From Candidatus Omnitrophota bacterium (GTDB taxonomy: Bacteria > Omnitrophota > Omnitrophia > Omnitrophales > Aquincolibacteriaceae), in NCBI GenBank assembly GCA_903884815.1, contig CAISGE010000032.1:69978-133977 (forward strand): a stretch of 64,000 bases of DNA, read 5' to 3'. Each line of letters begins with the position of its first letter. The first letter of the stretch is position 1. Made by a program: the position numbers and the translations under genes. Of this stretch, positions 22,772 to 31,201 are shown in pieces. Below the pieces are notes generated by a model. The model searched no databases. It saw only the letters and a list, made by a program, of their open reading frames with translations, and had not been told where the DNA came from.

Positions 22772-25090
22772 ATGGAACTCCGCGAAAAGATCTCCCAAGC
22801 GACCCGGCTCCTGGATCAGGGGAGAAGTGACGAGGCGATCGACATTCTTCGCGCCGACGAATCCCCGAAAGACGCGGCGCTTTGTGCACTGCTGGCCCGG
22901 GCCTATGCCCAGCGTGGTGATGTTCGTGGGGATGTCTACACCAGCCAATTTTTCGCGAAAAGGGCGGAAGAACTGGGTGCCCAGGCAGAAGAACTAAGCG
23001 CCATCCAGGCCGTCGGTGATTTCAGAAAAGAGCGCTACGACGAAGCCGCGGCCGCGTTCGCCAAGTTCGTGACCGAACAATCTCCCGCCTCTACCCAATT
23101 CCTGTTCGGCCTTTCGCTTGTCTACACCGGCAAGGAACCGCAAGGCCGCTGTTGGCTAGAGAGCGCTGCGAAAAAAGATCCGCGGCTTCAAGACAAGATC
23201 AAAGAATCCGTGCGTTATCGCCGCGCATCGGGGGAACTCAAACGTCCTCCCACCGGGAACATGTATGAGTCCGTGATCGACAAACTTCGTGCCTCCGCGG
23301 CTCAGGAGATTCCGGCTCCATACGCGCATCAACCGCTTTCAAAATTCCGCGGCACCGGGTCCGAGCCTAAGGACCTCGATTGGTCCGCGAAGAACGTGCC
23401 CTGCCAGAACAATTGTCCGGCCGGGACGAATATTCCGGAGTATCTCAATGCCATTTACAAAAGCGAATACGATCGCGCCTACCGGATCAATCTTTGGGAC
23501 AACGTGTTTCCCGGAGTGCTCGGCCGCGTTTGCGCCCGTCCTTGTGAAGAGAAATGCCGGCACGGGTGGGAAGGGCTTGGCGAGTCTGTCGCAATCTGCT
23601 GGAGCAAACGTTCGGCGGCGGATCACCGAACAACGCCCTTTGTCAAACTCGAGTCGCTTTTCCCGTCGAGCGGCAAAAAAGTCGCGGTCGTCGGCGCGGG
23701 AGTGGCAGGACTTGCCGCAGCGCGTCAGCTGGCGCTGCTCGGTCACGACGTGACGGTTTATGAAAAGCACAAGCGTCCAGGTGGCATGATGAATCAGGGA
23801 ATTCCGGAATTCCGTCTTCCGCGTGATGTGGTCGATCACGAGATCGAACAGGTCAAAGCCTGCGGCGTCAAAATTGAGTGCGGGAAGTCTGTCGGAAAAG
23901 ATCTTCAGCTTCAGACACTTCACGATGAATTTGACGCGGTGGTGCTTGCGGCCGGGACACTTGATCCCAACCGGCTGGATCTTCCCGGCGCGAAACTCGC
24001 CGGGATCCACCATGGGTTGGAATTTCTACTGAGCGTGAATGAATTGGGCAGGACAGAGATCGGCAAGCACGTGATCGTGATCGGCGGCGGCTTCACGGCG
24101 ATGGACTGCGCGCGGACCGCGTGGCGCTTGTGCGCGAAAAGCGTTCGCGTCCTTTACCGGCGTTCTTCCAAAGAAATGTTGATCACGCCGGGGGAGCTTG
24201 AAGAGCTCCGGCATGAAGGCATTTCTATGGAATTCATGATCAGTCCCGTGGCATATGTTGGCGATGGCGGGGGCCGTCTCCGCGCGGTGAAATTCATCAA
24301 GAACGAACTGGGCGATCCCGACGAAAGCGGCCGGCGGCGACCTGTGCCGGTGGAGGGGAGTGAGTTTGAGGTGGAAGCCGACACCGTGCTGCTCGCGACG
24401 GGACAATTCCCGGATACTGTTTGGATCGATGGGACTCTCCGTCAGAGGTTGTTGGATCCTGAAGAGAATATGCTTGGCGCGGGGGAGCATCGTTCCGCGG
24501 ATGAAAAGATTTTTATGGCCGGCGACTTTTCACAAGGGGCATCCTCACTTATCCGTTCGATCGGGCACGCCAAAAAGACGGCGCGGGCTGTCGACCATTT
24601 CCTCATGGGCCAGGACCGGCTCAAGGACATTGTGCGTGTGGAAGACGCGCCTGCGACGGGCAGGATACGCGAAATGGATGCAGTCCCGCTCACCGCCATG
24701 CCGTCGCTTGCCGTGAAAGACCGCGGTTTCAAGGCAGAAGTCGAAAAGGGATTCACCAAGGCACTTGCGACCGAAGAAACGCAACGCTGCTACCTCTGCC
24801 ATTATAAATTTGAGATCGATCACGATCGTTGTATTTACTGCGACTGGTGCGTCAAGGCAAAGCCACGGCCGGACTGCATTCTGAAAGTGAAGGAGCTGGT
24901 CAAAGATGCCGAGGGCCGTACGATTGATTTTGAGATCGCCCGCACGAGCGAAGAGACAAAATTCATCTATATCAACCAGCAGGATTGCATCCGCTGCCAC
25001 GCCTGCGTCCAGGCTTGCCCCGTGGATTGCATCAGCGTTCAGAAAGTCAGCAAGGGCACGGCGACCTGCGACGGCCGTCCGCTCGTCTAA
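22772..25090 (+). CDS. TPR-like domain fused to GltD/DsrL-like FAD/NAD(P)H Fe-S oxidoreductase with C-terminal ferredoxin domain
   Basis: PCQNNCP, GRVCARPCE..C, VGAGVAG, IGGGFTAMDCAR, YRR, RCYLC, CIYCDWC, CIRCHACVQACP. Confidence 0.85.
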   Translation: MELREKISQATRLLDQGRSDEAIDILRADESPKDAALCALLARAYAQRGDVRGDVYTSQFFAKRAEELGAQAEELSAIQAVGDFRKERYDEAAAAFAKFVTEQSPASTQFLFGLSLVYTGKEPQGRCWLESAAKKDPRLQDKIKESVRYRRASGELKRPPTGNMYESVIDKLRASAAQEIPAPYAHQPLSKFRGTGSEPKDLDWSAKNVPCQNNCPAGTNIPEYLNAIYKSEYDRAYRINLWDNVFPGVLGRVCARPCEEKCRHGWEGLGESVAICWSKRSAADHRTTPFVKLESLFPSSGKKVAVVGAGVAGLAAARQLALLGHDVTVYEKHKRPGGMMNQGIPEFRLPRDVVDHEIEQVKACGVKIECGKSVGKDLQLQTLHDEFDAVVLAAGTLDPNRLDLPGAKLAGIHHGLEFLLSVNELGRTEIGKHVIVIGGGFTAMDCARTAWRLCAKSVRVLYRRSSKEMLITPGELEELRHEGISMEFMISPVAYVGDGGGRLRAVKFIKNELGDPDESGRRRPVPVEGSEFEVEADTVLLATGQFPDTVWIDGTLRQRLLDPEENMLGAGEHRSADEKIFMAGDFSQGASSLIRSIGHAKKTARAVDHFLMGQDRLKDIVRVEDAPATGRIREMDAVPLTAMPSLAVKDRGFKAEVEKGFTKALATEETQRCYLCHYKFEIDHDRCIYCDWCVKAKPRPDCILKVKELVKDAEGRTIDFEIARTSEETKFIYINQQDCIRCHACVQACPVDCISVQKVSKGTATCDGRPLV

Positions 25091-25229
25091 CTCTCATCAC
25101 CCTTTCAACCTCGTAGCTTGAAATGGATTCTTTCTGGGATTGACGATGATCCCGCTCTGTTTTAATGCTGAAAACAATGGTATAATTCGCGCTCCTGAGA
25201 GCTCAATTACTTTTAAAGGAAGGAAAACC

Positions 25230-25595
25230 ATGACGACGCTTCCTACGAAAAAACTCGAGATCTTCAAGAATCCGAATCCGGAACGGGATTACGATATTGA
25301 GATGGAGTGCCCGGAGTTCACCTGCCTCTGCCCCAAGACCGGTCAGCCCGATTTCGCGACGATCCATATCGCTTACGTCCCCGACGAATTTTGTGTGGAG
25401 CTCAAGAGCCTCAAGCTTTATCTTTGGAGTTATCGCAACGAAGGCGCCTTTCATGAAGCGGTCACGAACAAGATCCTGGATGATCTGGTCAAGGCCACGA
25501 AGCCCCGGCAAATGACGGTTGAAGCCGATTTTTTTGTCCGCGGCGGCATCCATACCGTGATTACGGCAAACTATTCCAAAACCCGCAAGAAATAA
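25230..25595 (+). CDS. queF: preQ1 synthase (7-cyano-7-deazaguanine reductase)
   Basis: [31 protein letters not shown]; start ATG 25230. Confidence 0.95.
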   Translation: MTTLPTKKLEIFKNPNPERDYDIEMECPEFTCLCPKTGQPDFATIHIAYVPDEFCVELKSLKLYLWSYRNEGAFHEAVTNKILDDLVKATKPRQMTVEADFFVRGGIHTVITANYSKTRKK

Positions 25596-25615
25596 CCAAC
25601 CTTAGGAGGTTTTTT

Positions 25616-26143
25616 ATGTCTGAACGTAAAGGCGCAGCCACATTCCAATCTAATCCTCTGACCCTGGTCGGGCCCGAGTTGAAAAAGGGAGATAAAGCTC
25701 CGGATTTCAAACTGATCGATGGCGGTTTGAAGCCTGTGACTCTCGCGGATTCCAAAGGCAAGACGCGGCTCATCAGTGTGATCCCTTCAATCGATACACC
25801 GGTGTGCGAGCTTCAGACCAAGCGTTTCAATCAGGAGGCCTCGAAGCTTCCATGCGGTGTGGCCGTTTTGACTGTCAGCATGGACCTTCCCTTTGCGCAA
25901 GCGCGTTGGTGCGGCGTCGCGGGAGCGGATAAAGTCCAGATGCTTTCCGATTATCAGGATCACGCGTTCGGCGCGGCTTACGGTGTTTTGATCAAGGAAC
26001 TACAGCTCCTTTCCCGGGCGATCTTTGTGGTTGGTCCCGATGATAAGATCCAGTACGTCGAATACGTCAAAGAGATCACGACTCATCCTGATTACGATAA
26101 GGTGCTGGCGGCTCTGAAGTCGAAATCCTGCTGCTGTGGATAA
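25616..26143 (+). CDS. tpx: Thiol peroxidase
   Basis: PSIDTPVC, SMDLPFAQARWC, LSRAIFV, HPDYD. Confidence 0.93.
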   Translation: MSERKGAATFQSNPLTLVGPELKKGDKAPDFKLIDGGLKPVTLADSKGKTRLISVIPSIDTPVCELQTKRFNQEASKLPCGVAVLTVSMDLPFAQARWCGVAGADKVQMLSDYQDHAFGAAYGVLIKELQLLSRAIFVVGPDDKIQYVEYVKEITTHPDYDKVLAALKSKSCCCG

Positions 26144-26579
26144 AAAAAAGAACCAAAGGTTCTTTTTTTCGCTCAACGTGAAGCGCGCAACGCACAACGT
26201 AAAAGCTCGAGCAGAGATCGTTGCGCGTTGTGCGTTGAGCGTTGCGCTGGTCGTTGCTCTTGTTGGCGTAAGAGTTGCTTGGGCTGAGGCGCCTGTTATG
26301 AAGACCCTTTCTGCGCATGTGGTCAAGGTTGCTCCGGGGAACGGAAGCATCGATGTGGATTTTAGGAACCCCGCTACAAATAAGGTCGAGCGGCTCACTT
26401 TCTATGCGGACCAACATGCGGGCTTAAGCAAGCTCAAGAGCCTCGATGAGTTGCGTCCCGGGCAGGTGGTCAGCATTGATTATGTGGAAGAATCTCCCAA
26501 GCGTCTGATGATCCGCCGTATTGCCCGCGTCAAATTGTCCGGTCCCCCCCAAGGCCTCGAGAAATTCCGTGGACTCTAG
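26136..26579 (+). CDS. Exported hypothetical protein, possibly OB-fold-like
   Basis: Hydrophobic signal segment ending AWA and an L.PG..V.I.Y pattern; start uncertain. Confidence 0.7.
   Translation: MDKKKNQRFFFSLNVKRATHNVKARAEIVARCALSVALVVALVGVRVAWAEAPVMKTLSAHVVKVAPGNGSIDVDFRNPATNKVERLTFYADQHAGLSKLKSLDELRPGQVVSIDYVEESPKRLMIRRIARVKLSGPPQGLEKFRGL
26172..26246. repeat. Heptamer-periodic inverted repeat (element B)
   Basis: CTCAACG-TGAAGCG-CGCAACG-CACAACG, 19-nt spacer, CGTTGCG-CGTTGTG-CGTTGAG-CGTTGCG. Confidence 0.85.
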
Positions 26580-27405
26580 TCGAGCGTGGTTTTTTTGTCT
26601 GGCGCTTCTTCTATGTTTTTCTCTGATCACGCCTGCCGGTTTCGCATCGTCTCACAATGCTCATGGTGAAAACCGCACGAATATAGTTCCCGTGACCGGG
26701 GAGGATCTTTCCCAGAAAACAGACGGAGAACTTTTCGCTATGGAGCGCGAGCTTCAGCAAGGTCTGGCCAAAGATCCCGGCAACGCGGAACTTCACAAGC
26801 AGCTTTCGACGGTTTACGCGACACTTTTTGACCGGACGCGCAATCAGAAAGGGCCATGGTCCACCGAATGGCTGACGCGTAGCCGCAACTCGCTGGAGGA
26901 GGTCCTGATGAGCCGTCCAGAGGATAAGGTGGCCCATTACAATCTCGGCGTCGTGTACAAGCGGCTCGGGGAGATGGAGCGCGCCCGTGAAGAACTTAAG
27001 AAAGCCATACGACTTTGTGACCCCAAAGAGGATGCTTATCTTATCAGCGCCTGCTGGCTTCAGATCGCGTCAGTTTATGAAGAGCAGGGATTTCTTGATG
27101 ATGCCAAGGAGTGCTATGTCACCGCGCGTGAGTTTGACTACGAGAATCCGGATATCCAGGAAGCCATCACGGCTGTGAATGCCAAGCGCAAGGAGTCGGG
27201 CAACGGGGGGGGCTTTTCTTCAATGGGGATGCCGTCGACGGGAGGGGCTTATTCCGGGAACCCGCAAACCGCGGCGGCCATGGGGGTGGATCCTAACGCT
27301 CAGAATCCGAACGGGATGGCCCAGGCATTGCCCGCGCTCGGCCAAGCAGTGATGCAAAAATTTGGAGGCGGTGGTGATGGAGGGAGTTCCGGTGGCGGAC
27401 AGTAA
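26569..27405 (+). CDS. Exported TPR protein with Gly/Met-rich tail
   Basis: Signal peptide, AHYNLGVVY...G...A TPR units; GTG start at 26569 inferred. Confidence 0.8.
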   Translation: MDSSRAWFFCLALLLCFSLITPAGFASSHNAHGENRTNIVPVTGEDLSQKTDGELFAMERELQQGLAKDPGNAELHKQLSTVYATLFDRTRNQKGPWSTEWLTRSRNSLEEVLMSRPEDKVAHYNLGVVYKRLGEMERAREELKKAIRLCDPKEDAYLISACWLQIASVYEEQGFLDDAKECYVTAREFDYENPDIQEAITAVNAKRKESGNGGGFSSMGMPSTGGAYSGNPQTAAAMGVDPNAQNPNGMAQALPALGQAVMQKFGGGGDGGSSGGGQ

Positions 27406-28111
27406 GATTCCTTCAGGCACCAAAGCGATCTTGCTCGATGCGGGGGGGACGCTCTTCCGTCCGTATCCGTCCATCGGGCATCATTACGGCACGGTTGCGG
27501 CGAAATACGGCTGCCGCGCGTCGGAGAAGGATATTGAAGCCGCGTTCCACCGGGTCTGGAGCGATCACGACAAGATCGGAGACTTTAAAAGCCATCTAAA
27601 TGAAAAGAACGAGAAGGAATTCTGGCGCAAGGTGGTGACCGAAGTGTTTCGGGAGTTTGGCCCCATCGCTTCCTTCGATGATTTTTTCAATGAGCTTCAC
27701 GATCTTTTCGCCCGGCCTGAAGTCTGGAAATTCTTTCCGGAGTCCGAAGAAGTGTTGCAAGCCTTGAAGGAGAAAGGTTATATTCTCTGCCTCGTTTCGA
27801 ATTGGGACACGCGGCTCGTGAAGCTTTGTCAGGGGCTCGGTCTGGACCGCTTCATGAATCGTTACGTGATCAGCGCGGTTTTGGGTGTCGCGAAACCGGA
27901 CCCGCGCATTTTCCGTGAGGCCCTGAGGCTTTCGGGCGTCGAAGCCGGGGAAGCCGTTCATGTGGGTGACAGCCTTGAGGACGATATCCACGGCGCGCAG
28001 CGCTCCGGGATCAAGGCACTCTGGCTTGACCGTTCCGGCCGGCACGCGGGCTTATCCCAAGAGGATCAGGATTCTGTGACCGTGATCCGTGATCTGAGAG
28101 AACTGATCTAG
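27392..28111 (+). CDS. HAD-IA hydrolase, REG-2-like
   Basis: DAGGTL, VSNWD, KPDP.IF, HVGDS..DD. Confidence 0.9.
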   Translation: MADSKIPSGTKAILLDAGGTLFRPYPSIGHHYGTVAAKYGCRASEKDIEAAFHRVWSDHDKIGDFKSHLNEKNEKEFWRKVVTEVFREFGPIASFDDFFNELHDLFARPEVWKFFPESEEVLQALKEKGYILCLVSNWDTRLVKLCQGLGLDRFMNRYVISAVLGVAKPDPRIFREALRLSGVEAGEAVHVGDSLEDDIHGAQRSGIKALWLDRSGRHAGLSQEDQDSVTVIRDLRELI

Positions 28112-28118
28112 GAGAGTT

Positions 28119-29168
28119 ATGAGCGTTCGCGATGAAATCTTAAAGTATCAGGGAGTCTTGGTTGACGCGAAGCCTATTTTCGGTCAGGATCCGAGGGCCG
28201 AAGAATTCTCTTTAGCCGGAAAGTTTAAGAACCGGGCCGCGGCATTTGGCGTCCGGAAAGCCAAGGATGGCACCCTGGAGATTTTCTACAGGGTTGCGAT
28301 AAGGCCGGTGGTGGAGCTTCCCCCGGCGTTGCAGAAGGATTGTCCGGTCATCTTTCCCGAAGGTCCGGAGTTTGCCGATGCGGACGTGCGGATCGTGGAG
28401 AATCATTGGCTGACTGAAAGGGTGATGGAGGAGAGAAGGCCGGAAGATCACTTTTCGACGCAGACGGAGACTTCAATCACGGAGCGTTTGACCACGCTCA
28501 GCCGGCTTGCCTCACGCATGGATACCGGCGATTTCTCGCTCCAACCCAGTATCGAGGCTCACGTCAAAACGAATATCCGGCAGTTCACCTGGGTGCTTTC
28601 TGGTTGTTTCGCAGTGCTGGTTCTGGCTGTGGTCGCCGTTTCCGTGCCGTTCTTTTTCAAGCCTCTCGGGATCTCCGGGGGCAAAGAAGGGAGCTCCGCA
28701 AATTCCACGCTCCGTTCTACACGGATCGCCCGCGCTCAGGCGGAACTTGCCAGGAGCCAGAGAAATATTATACCTCCGGGATCGAATGTCTTTCTGATGG
28801 TGACTCCGGACAAGACCACGGTCCCGGTGGGCGGAAAAGTAACACTGCTTTACGAGCTGTTGACGCGCTATAGCGCCAAATGTTGGGGTTTCAATAATGA
28901 AGGGAAGTTTCAGCATTTCCAGGTGGAGAGAAGGGATCCCGCGCCGGATACGCCCCGTGTGGTTGTGCCGATGAACGGCAAAAAATTCCTCAAATTCTCC
29001 GTGGGGACAGCCACGCTTGTTCCCCAGCGAGTCGGGGAGCAACTCATCTATCCGGGAACGGCCTTTGTTTCCGCCCGGGCTGAGAGCGGACAGATCCTGG
29101 ACGTTTATCTGACCACCAAACCGATGGCGATCGACGTGGTTGCGGAATCCGCGCAGGAGAGAAAATGA
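28119..29168 (+). CDS. Single-pass membrane protein with BatD-like Ig domain
   Basis: One TM helix; C-terminal PDKT.V.VG..V.L.Y...P.R.G pattern. Confidence 0.65.
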   Translation: MSVRDEILKYQGVLVDAKPIFGQDPRAEEFSLAGKFKNRAAAFGVRKAKDGTLEIFYRVAIRPVVELPPALQKDCPVIFPEGPEFADADVRIVENHWLTERVMEERRPEDHFSTQTETSITERLTTLSRLASRMDTGDFSLQPSIEAHVKTNIRQFTWVLSGCFAVLVLAVVAVSVPFFFKPLGISGGKEGSSANSTLRSTRIARAQAELARSQRNIIPPGSNVFLMVTPDKTTVPVGGKVTLLYELLTRYSAKCWGFNNEGKFQHFQVERRDPAPDTPRVVVPMNGKKFLKFSVGTATLVPQRVGEQLIYPGTAFVSARAESGQILDVYLTTKPMAIDVVAESAQERK

Positions 29169-29779
29169 AAAAGAATATTCTGGTGCTGGACGTTGAGACG
29201 CAGAAATCCTTCAAGGAAATCGGGAAATCGAAGGCGATGAGCCTTTCGAAGCTCAAAGTTTCGGTCGTCTGCGTGTACGATTATCTGACGGAGGCGTACA
29301 GTTCGTACGAAGAAAAGGATATGATGAAGTTCGGCGAGCGTCTCCAGACGGCCGACCTACTCATCGGGTTCAATATCCGGCGCTTTGACATGGCGGTGCT
29401 CCAGCCCTATCTCTTCCGGCCGGTCGAGCAGTTTCCGGTGCTGGATCTTCTAGACGATATCGAGAAGGCCCGCGGGCACCGGGTGAGTCTCGACAGCGTC
29501 GCGCGCGCGACGGTCAAAGAAGGAAAGTCCGGCGACGGCGCCGAGGCCCTCGTGCTGTTTAAGGAAGGACGCATGGAGGAACTCAAGAAATATTGCCTTG
29601 ATGACGTGCGCCTGACCAAGAATGTTTATGAGTATGGCTGCAAAGAGGGGAATATTTTTTTTACATCGACATGGGATTTCAAGACCCATGAGGTTCCGGT
29701 GAACTGGAATCAAGCGACCGACGATTTTCTCAACAAAAAGACACGGACACAGAATAATTTTCCGGCAAGTTTGTTTTAA
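29165..29779 (+). CDS. RNase H-like / DnaQ-like nuclease domain protein, YprB-like
   Basis: LDVET, GFN..RFD, SLD, YC..DV. Confidence 0.85.
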   Translation: MKKNILVLDVETQKSFKEIGKSKAMSLSKLKVSVVCVYDYLTEAYSSYEEKDMMKFGERLQTADLLIGFNIRRFDMAVLQPYLFRPVEQFPVLDLLDDIEKARGHRVSLDSVARATVKEGKSGDGAEALVLFKEGRMEELKKYCLDDVRLTKNVYEYGCKEGNIFFTSTWDFKTHEVPVNWNQATDDFLNKKTRTQNNFPASLF

Positions 29780-29793
29780 CGAACGCCCCTTTT

Positions 29794-29825
29794 AATTCCC
29801 GGTATTCCGCGGAATACCGGGAATT
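29794..29825. repeat. Perfect 32-bp palindrome
   Basis: AATTCCCGGTATTCCGCGGAATACCGGGAATT is its own reverse complement. Confidence 0.9.
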
Positions 29826-29859
29826 GATCGGGTAGCGAAAGTATAAGGATTTTTTAATT

Positions 29860-31092
29860 ATGACCGAACTGAGCCAATCGCCGTTGATCTATGTCAGCGT
29901 CTTCCTCCTGGGCCTGGGCCTCAACCTGACGCCGTGCATTTACCCCATGCTTTCGATCACCGTCTCTCTTTTTAGAAGTTCAGAGCATGAATCTCATGGG
30001 CGTGCATTCATTAAAGCCTTAGCTTATGTGCTCGGAATGGTGACGATGTATAGCGTGCTGGGTCTTGTCGCGGCAACGACGGGAAGATTCTTCGGCGAGT
30101 GGCTTCAAAACTCCTGGGTTCAGCTCGGGGCGGGGATCTTTGTGATCGGGCTTGCGTTCAGCATGCTGGGGCTTTATCAATTCCGTTTGCCCTCATGGCT
30201 GATGCCCTCGCATCGCGGTGTGGCCAAGAGAACACTGCTTAGTTTTTTTGTCTCCGGACTTCTGGTCGGGATCATCGCGGCTCCCTGTATGGGCCCTGCG
30301 GTGTTGGCGCTTCTCACCTTTGTGAGCAAGCAGCAGAACACGGCCTTCGGTTTTTCTCTATTCTTTGTCATGGCCCTTGGGCTCGGGCTTCCTTATCTTG
30401 TGCTTGGGACCTATTCCGGCCTTCTCGCGAAACTGCCGAGGTCGGGGGGGTGGATGGTTTGGATTGAACGGCTGATGGGCGTGGTGCTTCTGACCTTCGG
30501 TATCTCCTATGTCGCGATCGCCTTCCGCTGGCCGTTCCTGAATGCCATCGTGCCGTGGACGCTCGTCGCGGGTGGAATTTATCTTGGATGGATCGAGCGC
30601 TCGGCCCGGAGCTCCAGGGTTTTTTCAATCATCCAGCGGATCGCGGGAACGATCGCTGTGGTTCTCGGCTTTTTCTTTTTGCTCACGGTGAAGGAGAGTG
30701 TTGTTTGGGAAAAATATCATGCCGGAGTTCTTGAGGAAGCTCAGACGGCCGGACAGCCTGTGATCCTCGATTTTTACGCGGACTGGTGCATCCCTTGCCA
30801 TGAACTCGACCAATTTACTTACACGGATGTTCGGGTGATCAAGCTTTTGAGGAATTTCCGGCGGATCAAGGTTGATACCACCAATGTTGAAACGGAGGAG
30901 ATCCGCGATGCCATCAGCCGGTTCGACATCTTCGGCGTTCCGACCGTGCTTTTCCTGGATGCTCAGGGCGCGGAAGTGCCGGAACTTCGCATGAACGGCT
31001 TTGTGCCACCCGAGGAATTCATCGCGGCTGTCGGTGCCTCTCGGCTTGGAAAGATCTCGGGGAGCGTTAAGCGGGGAGTTGGGAACGCGTGA
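29860..31092 (+). CDS. dsbD: Thiol:disulfide interchange protein, TM plus thioredoxin domains
   Basis: LTPCIYPM, AAPC.GP, LP.SG.WM, DFYADWCIPC; no N-terminal Ig domain. Confidence 0.9.
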   Translation: MTELSQSPLIYVSVFLLGLGLNLTPCIYPMLSITVSLFRSSEHESHGRAFIKALAYVLGMVTMYSVLGLVAATTGRFFGEWLQNSWVQLGAGIFVIGLAFSMLGLYQFRLPSWLMPSHRGVAKRTLLSFFVSGLLVGIIAAPCMGPAVLALLTFVSKQQNTAFGFSLFFVMALGLGLPYLVLGTYSGLLAKLPRSGGWMVWIERLMGVVLLTFGISYVAIAFRWPFLNAIVPWTLVAGGIYLGWIERSARSSRVFSIIQRIAGTIAVVLGFFFLLTVKESVVWEKYHAGVLEEAQTAGQPVILDFYADWCIPCHELDQFTYTDVRVIKLLRNFRRIKVDTTNVETEEIRDAISRFDIFGVPTVLFLDAQGAEVPELRMNGFVPPEEFIAAVGASRLGKISGSVKRGVGNA

Positions 31093-31121
31093 CCCCGCTG
31101 TCGTTGTGCGCGCCCCTTGCC

Positions 31122-31150
31122 TTGACAAAGAGAGAGCCTGCTTCTATCCT
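31122..31150 (+). promoter_or_regulatory. Sigma70-like promoter
   Basis: TTGACA-17 nt-TATCCT upstream of the LptF/G gene. Confidence 0.55.
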
Positions 31151-31201
31151 TAGCGAGTATTTAGTTCTCGGTTTTTATCAACTTCAGAGAAATTGCTTAA
31201 A

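Noticed and set aside
22772-25090. Calling the flavoprotein gltD, or evidence of dissimilatory sulfur metabolism
   Set aside because: No gltB and no dsrAB/dsrC in the window; the context is assimilatory.
25095-25229. preQ1 riboswitch upstream of queF
   Set aside because: No preQ1-type stem with A-rich tail recognised; only a TG-N-TATAAT promoter-like element at ~25178-25186.
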